Shown here: piece after piece, positions 47,678-57,710 of the stretch | How positions within the stretch are numbered: the stretch's first letter is position 1 | Layout: the number at the start of each line of letters is the position of its first letter | NCBI GenBank assembly: GCA_963726255.1 | Contig: CAVSBL010000002.1 | Location: forward strand, 1,504,001 to 1,568,000 | DNA from: Candidatus Bathyarchaeota archaeon | GTDB taxonomy: Archaea > Thermoproteota > Bathyarchaeia > 40CM-2-53-6 | Direction of reading: 5' to 3' | DNA: 64,000 nt | Program-made: the position numbers and the translations under genes | The notes under the pieces: model-generated | What the model saw: the letters and a program-made list of their open reading frames with translations, nothing else | What the model was told of the DNA's origin: nothing | Database searches by the model: none

Positions 47678-49024
47678 TCAGGCGGGGCCGGAGATCTGAA
47701 CGCCGTCGAATCTAATGTAAGGAGCAACGCATCCTAATGAGGAGCCCGAAACCACTTCCGGATTGTCCGAGATTCCTGAAATCCTCTGGAGGAGGCCCAA
47801 TGCAGTTCCACTAAACGTTCCGCCCACAATCCCTTCGCCCAATTCGCCATTCTTGATTTCCTGCGCGTTTCGGATTTCTGATCCGAATCGGGTAGTGATT
47901 TCATCAGGGTTGAGCCATGCTGGGTGGTAGATCAGTAAGCCGTCCTTCACATCACGAATCAGTTCTTCTAGGCTTTCAGTTCCAGGTTTGATGTATAGGT
48001 TGGTGGTCGAGTTCTCGGGGGGAACTTGGTACCGTTCGTCCGCGTCAGCTCCGAACCCGGCGCGAATACCGTTGCCAGTTGGCTTCGATCCCATTGTCTG
48101 CGCATGGAGTTGGTCGTAGATGTAATTCTTGAAGAAGCCCTTCTCAATGATCGTGGTCTTCTGTTGAGGTTGCCCTTCGTCATCGAATGGGTTCGTGCGG
48201 AGGCCGTACGGGTAGAGGCCATCATCAACAATGGTCAATTGATCGGATGCGACCCTGTCGCCCTTCTTGAATCGGGACAGGGTCTGTTTGACTGCCTCTG
48301 CACTTGCGTGGAAGCCAACAGTTGGGAGAAATGTGTCACAAACGAGAGTGGGGGCAAAGATGACGGTTGTCTGCTTGGTCTTTGGCGGATGGCGTTTCAG
48401 GCTGCTCTTAGCGATGCTTAGCCACTCAGGGATGATTTTGTCAGGGGCCAGATCGGCGAGTCTGCACGCGTGGCGTGTAGGCCAGAATTCAGTTACGTTG
48501 CTGCCGCCGCCAACCTTCAATGTCATCTCAACGTAAAGATGTGTGCCAGTCGACTCGTATGAGAGTCCGCGACTATTCAATATCTGATTCTCAACGACGT
48601 ATGTGCGGACTTTGCCGAAGGTTAGAGTGATGTCCTTCTCATTTGAGATCAGTGACTGAACTGTCTCAGCATAGTCCTTTGCCACCTTCTCCTTGTTGTC
48701 CTTGATCTTGATGTCCACTGTCTTGGTTGTTGGAAGTTTTTTCTTGTTGGGGAGTTCGAAGAAGGGGGAGCGGTTCTGTTTGGCAAGATCGTGCGCTCTT
48801 TTGGCGGTTGCCTCCACCGCCTCCTCGGAGTTGCAGGACGCAAAACCGACTCCAGCGCCATCGTCTCGTGGAATTATCACTCGAACTCCATATCCTGTGT
48901 TTTCCTGTCGGATTGAGGCTTCTCTCTGATGTCCTCTCAGATGGAGGTCCGTTCTCTTCGAGTGTTGTATGAAGACTTCCCATTGAGCTCTTGTTGCTCT
49001 GTCGAGAACTTGGCGTATGTTCAT
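47678..49024 (-). CDS. pmbA: TldE/PmbA family protein
   Basis: PFDDEGQP..IIEKG..PTGNG; no HExxH; ATGA overlap with tldD. Confidence 0.9.
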   Translation of the reverse strand: MNIRQVLDRATRAQWEVFIQHSKRTDLHLRGHQREASIRQENTGYGVRVIIPRDDGAGVGFASCNSEEAVEATAKRAHDLAKQNRSPFFELPNKKKLPTTKTVDIKIKDNKEKVAKDYAETVQSLISNEKDITLTFGKVRTYVVENQILNSRGLSYESTGTHLYVEMTLKVGGGSNVTEFWPTRHACRLADLAPDKIIPEWLSIAKSSLKRHPPKTKQTTVIFAPTLVCDTFLPTVGFHASAEAVKQTLSRFKKGDRVASDQLTIVDDGLYPYGLRTNPFDDEGQPQQKTTIIEKGFFKNYIYDQLHAQTMGSKPTGNGIRAGFGADADERYQVPPENSTTNLYIKPGTESLEELIRDVKDGLLIYHPAWLNPDEITTRFGSEIRNAQEIKNGELGEGIVGGTFSGTALGLLQRISGISDNPEVVSGSSLGCVAPYIRFDGVQISGPA

Positions 49025-50415
49025 GCGATCACCGCCTTGGTTCTCCACCATGTTCCGCCGGCTCCTACTGGAACATAGTCTTCCGTTCCTTTTCCACAGG
49101 TCCCAGGGTCCACGAAGAACCCTTCTTTGCTGACCGCGTCTACGTTTCCGAGCACCTCTAGGACTCGCCCAGTCAGGGTTACTGACTTGAGCGGTTTCGT
49201 TTTCTCCCCGTTCTCGATAAGGAACCCTTTCTTGGAGGTTACCTGCATTCCTCCTCCTAAGGGGTCCTCGATACCGTACTGCCATCGCATCATCATGACG
49301 CCGTTCCTGGTTTCTTTGATGATTTCATCGATGCTCCAATCGCCTGGTTTCGAGTAGGTGTTGCTCATTCTGATGAAGCGTCTTCGTAATGCATTCTGGG
49401 TCCTCGAACTCGCGGTCAATTGCGCATTCATGGCCGCGCTGGTTTCAACATCGTGTAGAAAGCTGACGAGCATCCCTTTCTCTACCAATGTGTTCTTTTT
49501 GGCTGGGGCACCGTCGTCATCGAACTGGTAGCTTCCCCATCCCCGCTTGAGGGATGAGTCCTCGTAGATGGTTACGATGTCTGAGGCAACTTTCTTTCCC
49601 AGCAGATCCTTGAGGTATGAGCGCCCTCTGATCGCTTGATCGGCCTCCAGGCCATGGCCGAAGGACTCATGACAAACTGTACCCACCGTCCCTGGGTCAA
49701 TGATCACGTTCTGAGGCCCCGCCGGTGGCGTCACAGCCTTAAGCTGTAGCAGGGCACCTTCAACAGTCTCCTTCACCATTTCCTGCGTGAGGTTCTCCAC
49801 AACCTCATAGCCCATGGTGCCACCAGATGAGAGTATGTCGTAATCGGTCACATCGTTTTCCTTGACGATAACCTGTATCGAGATTCTCGTTCGAGGAATG
49901 CGTTGCCTTGCAAATGTGCCGTGGGAAGATACGAGCGCTCTCTGCAACCCTATTTCGGAATAGTAGACTTCAACGTCAAGGACTCTGGAGTCCATCCCCT
50001 TTGCGAGACTGTAGAGTTCTCGAATCCTCTGCAACTTATCTTCAAGCGCAACCTCGCCCGCGTCCATAGCCACCGGAGTCTTCACATCGAGCTTGATGGG
50101 GTCAGGCAGAAACAAGCGAGTCTTTGCCTTTGAACCAGACCGTTTTGCATTCACGGACTGCGCGAGTTTACGTATCGTTGGGAGATCTGCCTTGTTGGAC
50201 TCTGAGTAGACCCATCCATTGTCGGTGAATGCTCTAAAGGAAACGCCTTGAATGGAGCTTGACCCTATCGTTTCTCGGTCCTTGTTCTTTCTGATTAGAA
50301 GTTGGTTTTGCCAATCATAAAGACCATCAGAATAGGGCAGGCTTAATCTCTTTAGTGTCTGCTGAATATCGCCCATCACTCGGTCGGATTCACTAAGGCC
50401 GCTCAAGCCAACCAC
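49021..50415 (-). CDS. tldD: TldD metalloprotease
   Basis: HESFGHGLEAD, FDDDG, RMSNT, GTCGKG..VPVG. Confidence 0.92.
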   Translation of the reverse strand: MVGLSGLSESDRVMGDIQQTLKRLSLPYSDGLYDWQNQLLIRKNKDRETIGSSSIQGVSFRAFTDNGWVYSESNKADLPTIRKLAQSVNAKRSGSKAKTRLFLPDPIKLDVKTPVAMDAGEVALEDKLQRIRELYSLAKGMDSRVLDVEVYYSEIGLQRALVSSHGTFARQRIPRTRISIQVIVKENDVTDYDILSSGGTMGYEVVENLTQEMVKETVEGALLQLKAVTPPAGPQNVIIDPGTVGTVCHESFGHGLEADQAIRGRSYLKDLLGKKVASDIVTIYEDSSLKRGWGSYQFDDDGAPAKKNTLVEKGMLVSFLHDVETSAAMNAQLTASSRTQNALRRRFIRMSNTYSKPGDWSIDEIIKETRNGVMMMRWQYGIEDPLGGGMQVTSKKGFLIENGEKTKPLKSVTLTGRVLEVLGNVDAVSKEGFFVDPGTCGKGTEDYVPVGAGGTWWRTKAVIA

Positions 50416-50513
50416 GACACCAAGTCAAAAAGTCACACGCAAAACGCAGATTAAAGTCAACCCTTGCAGAAGGCTCTGAGCCGAAGCGTTAGTCGTAAAG
50501 ACGTATAGGACCA

Positions 50514-51884
50514 GTGTTTCAGCAGATGGAACGACGCAACTCGACTGCGCTGGTAATGATCCTAGCTATCCTCATTGCTTTGACGCCAGCCACCAGCATC
50601 CCAATAACTCAAGTATCGGTGTTTGCGGTCCAATCAAACGATCAGTATATTCTCGTCGGAGGCCAGAATGGAACGTGGTTTCGGCCTGGTCAGGCTCCTA
50701 GACTGTACCGAATGTTCCTATCAGATCACTCATTGACCCCGGTAGCTTCTCTTCCAAGTTTTGGCGTAGTATGGACTGGGAGTTGGAATGGTTCGCAATG
50801 GTTGATCTCAGGCTGGGGGATCACTCCCGGCGCGCATGGGTCTAACCCGTATATCTACCTCTATGACGGGCAGAGCCAGATTATGGCAGGAACTCTGTAC
50901 TTGTGGACAGCGCAAGCGTCTTGGCATGGAGGAGACGTATTCGCGGCCAGCTACAATGGTAGCGAATGGTTGCTCTCTGGTCTGGGTAGTGATTGGTTAC
51001 CGTCAGGTTGGGGATCCCCATCAACAGGCAAACCGAGGAATCATATGGCGTTGGCATTGTTCGACGGCTACAACTTCACTGATCTTTCCGCCGATGTACC
51101 CAATCAGTGGGATGCAGTGCTCTTTGCGAACGCTTGGAATGGGCACTATTGGCTCGTGGGTGGGGGATGGCAGGGGAACGAAGGTGTGCTTTATCGCTAT
51201 GACGGAGCCAACTTCACTGACCTCTCATCCCAGCTGGAGTCCGCAATGTGGCAGATGGGTAGGCAGTTTCATTCTGTTCAGGCGATTGAGTGGAACGGCG
51301 ACTACTGGCTCGTTGGCGGAGTAGGTTTCTTAGCGAAGTATGACGGACAGAACTTCACTGACCTCACGCCTGAGCTGAATGCAGCTCTTGACCCCAGACA
51401 CTCTCTGAACTACACATCATGCTGCAACGCTGTGAACGCGTTCGCCTGGGATGGAGTCTCGTGGCAAATAGGGGGAGGTCCCCCTGTAGGCACTCCTGAA
51501 CCGCTCACCGCATGGGCATCATCGTATGACGGTGTAAGATTTACCGACCTCACTTCGCTTATTCCATCCTACATTGCGAGCGCTCCTCACGGTTCGAGTA
51601 TACTCACTATCACCTATGCGAATGGCTCTTGGTTCTTTGGAGGATACGCTAACGACAGAGGCTTCTTGCTCTCCTATGCGAACTCTGCCATGACTGACTT
51701 TTCTGAAATGATCAAAGATACCATGACTGTTGTGAACTGGGTTGGGGGTTGGCCTGAGTCTCGCGAGACTCTGTCGAATCCGATCGGTGCGTTCGGGAAC
51801 TATGTCATTGCGACAATTGCCATCATTATGATTGCAACGGCGTTAGCGATCAGATACAGGAAGCATAACCGCCGAAGAGGTTAA
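50514..51884 (+). CDS. Secreted, membrane-anchored repeat (beta-propeller-like) protein
   Basis: Signal peptide; repeated WNG..WLVGG...L..YDG.NFTDL; C-terminal TM and basic tail. Confidence 0.8.
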   Translation: MFQQMERRNSTALVMILAILIALTPATSIPITQVSVFAVQSNDQYILVGGQNGTWFRPGQAPRLYRMFLSDHSLTPVASLPSFGVVWTGSWNGSQWLISGWGITPGAHGSNPYIYLYDGQSQIMAGTLYLWTAQASWHGGDVFAASYNGSEWLLSGLGSDWLPSGWGSPSTGKPRNHMALALFDGYNFTDLSADVPNQWDAVLFANAWNGHYWLVGGGWQGNEGVLYRYDGANFTDLSSQLESAMWQMGRQFHSVQAIEWNGDYWLVGGVGFLAKYDGQNFTDLTPELNAALDPRHSLNYTSCCNAVNAFAWDGVSWQIGGGPPVGTPEPLTAWASSYDGVRFTDLTSLIPSYIASAPHGSSILTITYANGSWFFGGYANDRGFLLSYANSAMTDFSEMIKDTMTVVNWVGGWPESRETLSNPIGAFGNYVIATIAIIMIATALAIRYRKHNRRRG

Positions 51885-52019
51885 CTTAGCTTCGATCAAG
51901 TTGGGGAATGTTGCCATTGAAGCTTGCCAAGAAACCGTCGAATCCAGACCAGTAGAGCTAGGATGAATTCCATTGTAGTATGTCTCGGTTCAGAGTTCCC
52001 TGCAATAGTCCCATATGCA

Positions 52020-53078
52020 CTACGGGCGTGCTTCAAAGACTCTGTTGAAGGGCGTCTGGGTTGCTCTCCTGAATTGTTTGAAGCCTCCACGGATGGCTAT
52101 TTCCTGCAGTTTCGAATCGCCTGCTTGAGCACCTACTGCGAGCCCTACTTCCTGCGCTAGAGAGGAGGGAACGCAGATCATTGAAGAGGCATTGTAGAAT
52201 ATTCGCCCAACTGGATTGAGGTTCTCTTCCACATGTTCATTTGAGTAGGGCTCAACGATCATCCACGCACCATCCGGCTTTAGCGATTGATGAACGTGCT
52301 TTGCCGCGCCTACAGGATCGCCCATGTCGTGCAGACAATCGAAGAAGGTGACAAGATCGAACTCCTTCCTAGGATAGTCTTTCGCGAGCGCTACCTCGAA
52401 GGTCGTGTTGCGAGATACATTCTCAGTCACTGCAACGTTCCTGGCCCACTCGATTGATTCCAAATGATAGTCGTACCCAATGAAACGCGATTTTGGAAAG
52501 GCTTTTGCCATAATGATCGTAGATGATCCATAGCCGCATCCGACATCTGCGACAAGTGCTCCAGCCTTGAGTTTCTCGACAACGCCCTCAAGGCTTGGAA
52601 GCCAGGAACTAATTAGGTTGGTAAGATAGCTGGGGCGGAAAAATTTGTGCGTGCCTAGGAATAGATCGTTGTGGTGTTCGTGCCAGCCAAGGCCCTTCCC
52701 AGTCCGGAAGGCGTCAGCGAGTTTGCTCCTATCCTTGTAAATTGAGGAGATTATGTAGAAGGCCCCTGGAATGTAGATAGGGCTGTCCTCATTAGCGAGC
52801 GTAAATGCTTGCTCGGACGTCATCATATACTTTCCAGTTGGAGCATCGTAATTCACATAGCCTCCCGCGGCTTGACCAGCGAGCCATTCGCGAATGTAAC
52901 GTTCGGCCGTACTTGTGTTCTTCGCAAGTTCCACCGGCGTCATGGGTCCGTGAGCTGATAATGCCTTGTAAAGCCCTAGTTGCTCGCCGATTAATATCGC
53001 GGGTCCCTGCATGGATGCGCCCAATTCCGTTGCGAACCTTCCTACGATTTCATTCAACTTATCCTGATTAACAGTCAA
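52020..53078 (-). CDS. Class I SAM methyltransferase with N-terminal wHTH (Rv2258c-like)
   Basis: ERYIREWL, ADVGCGYG, DCLHDMGDP, ATQTPFN. Confidence 0.92.
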   Translation of the reverse strand: MTVNQDKLNEIVGRFATELGASMQGPAILIGEQLGLYKALSAHGPMTPVELAKNTSTAERYIREWLAGQAAGGYVNYDAPTGKYMMTSEQAFTLANEDSPIYIPGAFYIISSIYKDRSKLADAFRTGKGLGWHEHHNDLFLGTHKFFRPSYLTNLISSWLPSLEGVVEKLKAGALVADVGCGYGSSTIIMAKAFPKSRFIGYDYHLESIEWARNVAVTENVSRNTTFEVALAKDYPRKEFDLVTFFDCLHDMGDPVGAAKHVHQSLKPDGAWMIVEPYSNEHVEENLNPVGRIFYNASSMICVPSSLAQEVGLAVGAQAGDSKLQEIAIRGGFKQFRRATQTPFNRVFEARP

Positions 53079-53210
53079 AACTTCACGTGTCCTGAAAGGA
53101 TTATGACCTACGTTATATAAAAACGAACGCGCGATGATTCTATGCGTGCTTTTCCACGAAGTGAACGAACCCGTGCGAATCTAAGACCTTCCAATGAAGG
53201 ACAGCGAGGA

Positions 53211-53385
53211 AGCGCATTCGAATTTCATCGGTCGTCGTTCGGTCAATTTCATGTGTGTGTGCGCGCACCAGCACACAAACTATTCCACCCCCTAGGGGGT
53301 ACCAGCAAGCGTGCGCGTCCAATCACAAACCCGGCAGAGTAACATGCTATCCCTACAAAACTATACCACCCCACCCCCGGGGCTA
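53211..53385. repeat. Dispersed intergenic repeat, locus G, plus a local direct repeat
   Basis: Plus strand TGTGTGTGTGCGCGCACCAGCACACAAA; minus strand ACACATGAAATTGACCGAACGACGACC; ACAAACTATTCCACCCCC / ACAAAACTATACCACCCC. Confidence 0.7.
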
Positions 53386-53488
53386 AACTGCTAACTTAAG
53401 GTGGCATCCAGCTCTTCGCACGAGCGAGGGTGAAATGCGGGGCTGGTGAGCTTTAATCTATGAAGCTGAAGAGGGCGATTGGAATTCG

Positions 53489-53743
53489 GTGTTTGTTGTG
53501 AGCCTAATCACGTCCCTGCTAGGAACGGCTGGGCTGTTAATGCTCTTAATCGCATTCGGCCTCAACTCATTCGGAAAACTCAAGCGAACAGATCTGACTT
53601 ACAACCTACTCAACTGCATAGGCGCGTTCGCTTTGGTGGTCTATGCCATAGACCTAAGCGCAACTCTCTTTGTCGTCTTGGAATCGGTTTGGGGCATCGT
53701 CGCCGCCTATCAGATAGCAAACCGCAAAATCACAGCGAACTAG
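53489..53743 (+). CDS. CBU_0592-like small membrane protein
   Basis: G....LIAF..YNLLN.IG..FVVLESVW. Confidence 0.75.
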   Translation: MFVVSLITSLLGTAGLLMLLIAFGLNSFGKLKRTDLTYNLLNCIGAFALVVYAIDLSATLFVVLESVWGIVAAYQIANRKITAN

Positions 53744-53779
53744 GCAAAAAGGCCCACAGTCGCATGCGAGCTGTCAATC

Positions 53780-54280
53780 GTGGTTATGGAATCATTCAGA
53801 ATCAACCGAGATCTGCCTGAGGGAAGGTATCGGCTCCGGGAGGTCTTCTCTGGGCTGGAGGATGTAGAATCCCTCTACGTCTACATAGGCAATCCAACGC
53901 AGTTGAAGCGTATCCTGGACGAGACCGATGTCACCCTCACCCAGGATACTAGTTACATGTACGTTAATGACGGCGACGGCAGCCTCGTAGTGGGTTTGGA
54001 GTATCTGCAAACCGCCGACGCCCATTACCTCTACCTGGACATCATCCACGAACTAGCCCACGTAAAACAATACTTGGACGGCAGGGAACTCTTCGACGAA
54101 AAATACAGCTACGTAGACCGCCCAACAGAGATCGAAGCATACCAATGCACCGTCAAAGAAGCAAGAAAACGCGGCATGGCCGACGACGCGATCACTGAAT
54201 ACCTCTACGTAGAATGGATCACAAGAAAAGAACACGCCAGGCTCCTGAAAACACTAGGAGTAGTTGCTACTCCGCCCTAG
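53780..54280 (+). CDS. Hypothetical zincin-like protein (HELAH)
   Basis: IIHELAHVKQ..YVDRPTEIEAY. Confidence 0.75.
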   Translation: MVMESFRINRDLPEGRYRLREVFSGLEDVESLYVYIGNPTQLKRILDETDVTLTQDTSYMYVNDGDGSLVVGLEYLQTADAHYLYLDIIHELAHVKQYLDGRELFDEKYSYVDRPTEIEAYQCTVKEARKRGMADDAITEYLYVEWITRKEHARLLKTLGVVATPP

Positions 54281-54723
54281 AATTCCTCTTCATTTCGCTT
54301 AGCGGGCTTTTGATATTTGTCTAGGTATTTGAGAACGAAGTTGCGCGTATACTCCTCTAAGTCCAGCTTCAAGGCTTCTTCAGGCTTAACCCAAACATAG
54401 TCTTGCAGTTCACGTCCATCCAACTGTACCTTGAAACTCTTTGTTTTCAGGACGTAGTCCATGAAGATGTAGTGTTCGTGCTTGTGAAAATCTTTCGGGT
54501 AGATTGCCTGCTGAACGACTAGCAGCTCAACGGGCTCGGCGTCCAGACCAGTCTCCTCCTTCACCTCACGCCTAATCGCGTCCTCCGCCCGCTCCCCGAG
54601 CTCGATATGCCCGCCTGGGACGCTGTACTTGTCGCCCCACTTATGCGAGCGAACGATGAGAACCTCGCCCTTCTCGTTCACGATGAGGGCGCCAACTGTA
54701 GCTTCAGGAAAAGTTTGAGTCAA
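54277..54723 (-). CDS. NUDIX hydrolase
   Basis: PGGHIELGERAEDAIRREVKEETGL. Confidence 0.95.
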   Translation of the reverse strand: MTQTFPEATVGALIVNEKGEVLIVRSHKWGDKYSVPGGHIELGERAEDAIRREVKEETGLDAEPVELLVVQQAIYPKDFHKHEHYIFMDYVLKTKSFKVQLDGRELQDYVWVKPEEALKLDLEEYTRNFVLKYLDKYQKPAKRNEEEF

Positions 54724-54766
54724 AGCAACACTTTCTCGGAAAGGAAGCAGCTCTAGCTGTGGGCTT

Positions 54767-54931
54767 CTAGCTCCTGCGCATCATTGTTCCGACGACCCCA
54801 ACGACTGAGATCAGGCCGCCAATGATCAGAATAAGGGGCGCCTGGGTTCTAAGGTAGACTAGGCCCGTGAACACAACCAGCGCCGTAAGGCCTGCCACGT
54901 TTACCATGGCTGCTCTTGCTTGCGGCCTCAA
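54767..54931 (-). CDS. Small 2-TM membrane protein (below the ORF-track cut-off)
   Basis: Manual translation (M)RPQARAAMVNVAGLTALVVFTGLVYLRTQAPLILIIGGLISVVGVVGTMMRRS. Confidence 0.55.
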   Translation of the reverse strand: MRPQARAAMVNVAGLTALVVFTGLVYLRTQAPLILIIGGLISVVGVVGTMMRRS

Positions 54932-55027
54932 GCCCACCCACCACAATCATTCGAGTCACCATAGCCATCTATATTTCTATTCTTCCAAGAGAATCCAATT
55001 AATCCCGCAAGCCGTATCGGGGAAGGG

Positions 55028-55807
55028 GTGGGTGGCGAAGCCGTGGAGGAAGATTCTAAGAAACGGTTCTCAAACCGGGCGACCTACTACGCCCAGTCTC
55101 GTCCCCGCTACCCCAAAGCCATTCTGGCTTTCATGGAAAACGAACTAGGCCTCTCAGAGGCGTCAGTTGTTGCGGATATAGGTTCGGGGACAGGCATTCT
55201 AACTGAGTTATTCCTGAAGCATGGAAACCCGGTTTACAGTGTTGAGCCGAACAGGGAAATGAGGAAAACTGCGGAAGGCCTCCTCAGCCAACACCCAAGC
55301 TTCAGAAGCATAGATGGCACCGCCGAAGCTACAACGCTCCCAGCCGCCAGCGTAGACTTCGTCACCGCGGCACAAGCCTTTCACTGGTTCGACCCATTGA
55401 AGACTCGCGGAGAATTCTTGAGAATTTTGAAACCGCACGGATGGGTTCTTTTGATTTGGAACACCAGGAAGAATTCACCAGGCTTTATGGAGGCTTACGA
55501 GCGGCTGGTCAGTGAATATGCGAACCGGGCACATTCTCGGCGCACTGCGAAAGACAAGGTCGGCGACCAGGCTCTAGCCAGCTTTTTCAGAGAGTACAAG
55601 GTGAAAACCTTCAGCAACAGTCAAGTCCTAGATTTCGAAGACCTGGCGGGACGGTTGCTTTCATCCTCCTATCTTCCGCTCCCCGGTGAAACTAGGTACG
55701 GCTCGATGATGGATGCGCTGCGCAAGCTTTTCGATTCCTACCAAGAAGGCGGGGTTGTTCGCCTCGAGTACGAAACTGAAACATATTACGGCCAACTTAA
55801 GCCCTGA
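55028..55807 (+). CDS. Class I SAM-dependent methyltransferase
   Basis: RFS.RA..Y...RPRYP, ADIGSGTG, AAQAFHWF. Confidence 0.92.
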   Translation: MGGEAVEEDSKKRFSNRATYYAQSRPRYPKAILAFMENELGLSEASVVADIGSGTGILTELFLKHGNPVYSVEPNREMRKTAEGLLSQHPSFRSIDGTAEATTLPAASVDFVTAAQAFHWFDPLKTRGEFLRILKPHGWVLLIWNTRKNSPGFMEAYERLVSEYANRAHSRRTAKDKVGDQALASFFREYKVKTFSNSQVLDFEDLAGRLLSSSYLPLPGETRYGSMMDALRKLFDSYQEGGVVRLEYETETYYGQLKP

Positions 55808-55851
55808 CTAAGGGGCCATTCGCTGGGGCTTCAGCTACGCCAACAATATCT

Positions 55852-57012
55852 TTGAACTCAATTCTGAGCAGGTTCTCCGCGGACGTAGTGAAGATTACCG
55901 AGGAAGTGTACGGCAGCGAAACCCCCACTGTCCTTGAGGCGCTCACGAAACCCGTCGGAACATATTACATCCGCTGCAACACTTCCAAGATCTCACCTGA
56001 GGAACTTCTGAACAGGCTTCAAGGCCGGGGGTTCAACGTATACCAACATCAACTTCTCCCCGAAGCCTTAGGTATTCGAGTTGAGGGCCCGTTTGAGATT
56101 CCACCCGCCGCCCGAAAGGTCGTCGTGGATAAGCATACTGCTGAATCAGTGCTCCAAGGCGCAAATGTTTACGCGCCCGGAATTCTAAACTGCGAGGAAC
56201 TCAGGATCGGGGAGAACGTTGCCGTTGCCTCCGAGCTAGGGGACCACCTTGCAACTGGAACCGCAACCATGAGCGCAAACGATATCCTAACCTTCAGGAA
56301 GGGGTTGGCTGTTCGGGTAAACCACAGGCGGTTCAGGGCACCCCAAGTCAGAGAATTGCCAGAATTTTCAGAAGGGCTCCTCTACCCGCAATCCCTTGCA
56401 GCCATGGCAACAGCCCACACACTTGACCCGCATGGGGGTGAGACCGTCGTTGACATGAACTGCTCCCCAGGCGGAAAACTGTCCCACATTAGCCAGTTGA
56501 TGCACAATTCCGGCAAGATTCTTGGCTTCGATAGGAACACGGAGAAGATAGGGCAGGCTCGCCGGACGTTAATGCGTTTGGGGTGTACGAACGTTACGCT
56601 TTCGATTCATGATACCAGGTACGTCCACCTAGACCTTCCTGACTTGCAGTCCGACCGCACCCTAATCGACCCGCCATGCAGCGCTCTCGGCCTCAGGCCG
56701 AAAGTATATGACTTCTCGACAGTGGACCGCGTGAATAACCTTGCAGATTATCAGAAACAATTCGTCAAGGCCGCAAGCAAAGTGACGAAACCTGGGGGAA
56801 CTATAGTCTACAGCGTCTGCACCTACACAACACAGGAGTGTGAACAAGTCGTCGAGTTCGCCGAGCATGAATGCGGGCTTAGCGTAGTGGAACAGAAACT
56901 AATCCTCGGGTCAAAGGGCCTCGCGGCTCACACGCCATCAGCCAGCCGCTGCCAAAGATTTCATCCTCACGTTGATGAAATCGGATATTTCATCGCAAAA
57001 CTCCAACGGTAG
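55852..57012 (+). CDS. RsmB/NOP-family RNA m5C methyltransferase with PUA domain (NSUN6-like)
   Basis: SVLQGANVYAPG (PUA), DMNCSPGGK, DPPCSALGLRP, YSVCT. Confidence 0.9.
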   Translation: MNSILSRFSADVVKITEEVYGSETPTVLEALTKPVGTYYIRCNTSKISPEELLNRLQGRGFNVYQHQLLPEALGIRVEGPFEIPPAARKVVVDKHTAESVLQGANVYAPGILNCEELRIGENVAVASELGDHLATGTATMSANDILTFRKGLAVRVNHRRFRAPQVRELPEFSEGLLYPQSLAAMATAHTLDPHGGETVVDMNCSPGGKLSHISQLMHNSGKILGFDRNTEKIGQARRTLMRLGCTNVTLSIHDTRYVHLDLPDLQSDRTLIDPPCSALGLRPKVYDFSTVDRVNNLADYQKQFVKAASKVTKPGGTIVYSVCTYTTQECEQVVEFAEHECGLSVVEQKLILGSKGLAAHTPSASRCQRFHPHVDEIGYFIAKLQR

Positions 57013-57062
57013 AAGGAAGCCTTTAACCCCCTTCAAGCCCGAATAACAGTTAGGGACTCTAG

Positions 57063-57353
57063 TTGGATCTGCCCGAGAATGTTTTGACAAAGGGTAAGCG
57101 TGGAAAACTCGAGGTTAGAGCCTTGGACTCACGAGGCAGCTATGTTATGTGCAAGTACCTTGACCCGAAGACGATGAAACCTGCGAACACGAAACGCAAA
57201 CTGATGCTTAGGGATCAGAGCGGAAACGTGCTTGAATATTTCATCATCCCGCTGAAGGACACAAAGCGTGCACTCCTCCTTACCGCGGCGTCCGAAGAGA
57301 AGGAACGTAAGGTTTGGCTTGAAAGCCTAGGAAGAGCTGAAGAAATCTGGTGA
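57063..57353 (+). CDS. Conserved-looking archaeal hypothetical protein
   Basis: KGKRGKLEVR..YLDPKT..EYFIIP. Confidence 0.7.
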   Translation: MDLPENVLTKGKRGKLEVRALDSRGSYVMCKYLDPKTMKPANTKRKLMLRDQSGNVLEYFIIPLKDTKRALLLTAASEEKERKVWLESLGRAEEIW

Positions 57354-57371
57354 CGTTAAATGGCTACGGTG

Positions 57372-57468
57372 GCGCGGACATGCACACAAAAATACGTCGG
57401 TTCAAATTCCGACGCTCGCAACATTAGACCCACACACACTTGCAGACGACCAACAACGACGGTTCAGA
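57372..57468 (+). repeat. Dispersed intergenic repeat, locus H (composite)
   Basis: ACGTCGGTTCAAATTCCGACGCTCGCAACATTAGACCCACACACAC..ACGACGGTTCAGA. Confidence 0.78.
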
Positions 57469-57530
57469 GAAACTCCAGTCCAGGAGACGACTCCACCGAC
57501 GCCTTATATCGGCCCAAGCGTTAGTGAAAA

Positions 57531-57671
57531 ATGATAGTGATGAAATGGTTCTGGGGTTTCATGGGATGTCTAGGGTTCCTAGGCCTCGCACTGAATGATC
57601 CTCTCTACTACGCTTTCTTTGCTTTTTTCCTTTTCTTCCTCGAACCTGTTCTAAAGAAACCCAAACGGTAA
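57531..57671 (+). CDS. Small Phe-rich 2-TM protein (46 aa; below the ORF-track cut-off)
   Basis: MIVMKWFWGFMGCLGFLGLALNDPLYYAFFAFFLFFLEPVLKKPKR; TTATAT box about 25 bp upstream. Confidence 0.65.
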   Translation: MIVMKWFWGFMGCLGFLGLALNDPLYYAFFAFFLFFLEPVLKKPKR

Positions 57672-57710
57672 GAAACACCTAAGTCGTCAAGACAAACCTG
57701 CTGGCATTCG

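Noticed and set aside
49025-49285. N-terminal extension of the PmbA ORF, and similar extensions at 28594-28728 and 58728-58862
   Set aside because: They overlap neighbouring genes; better-placed downstream starts exist.
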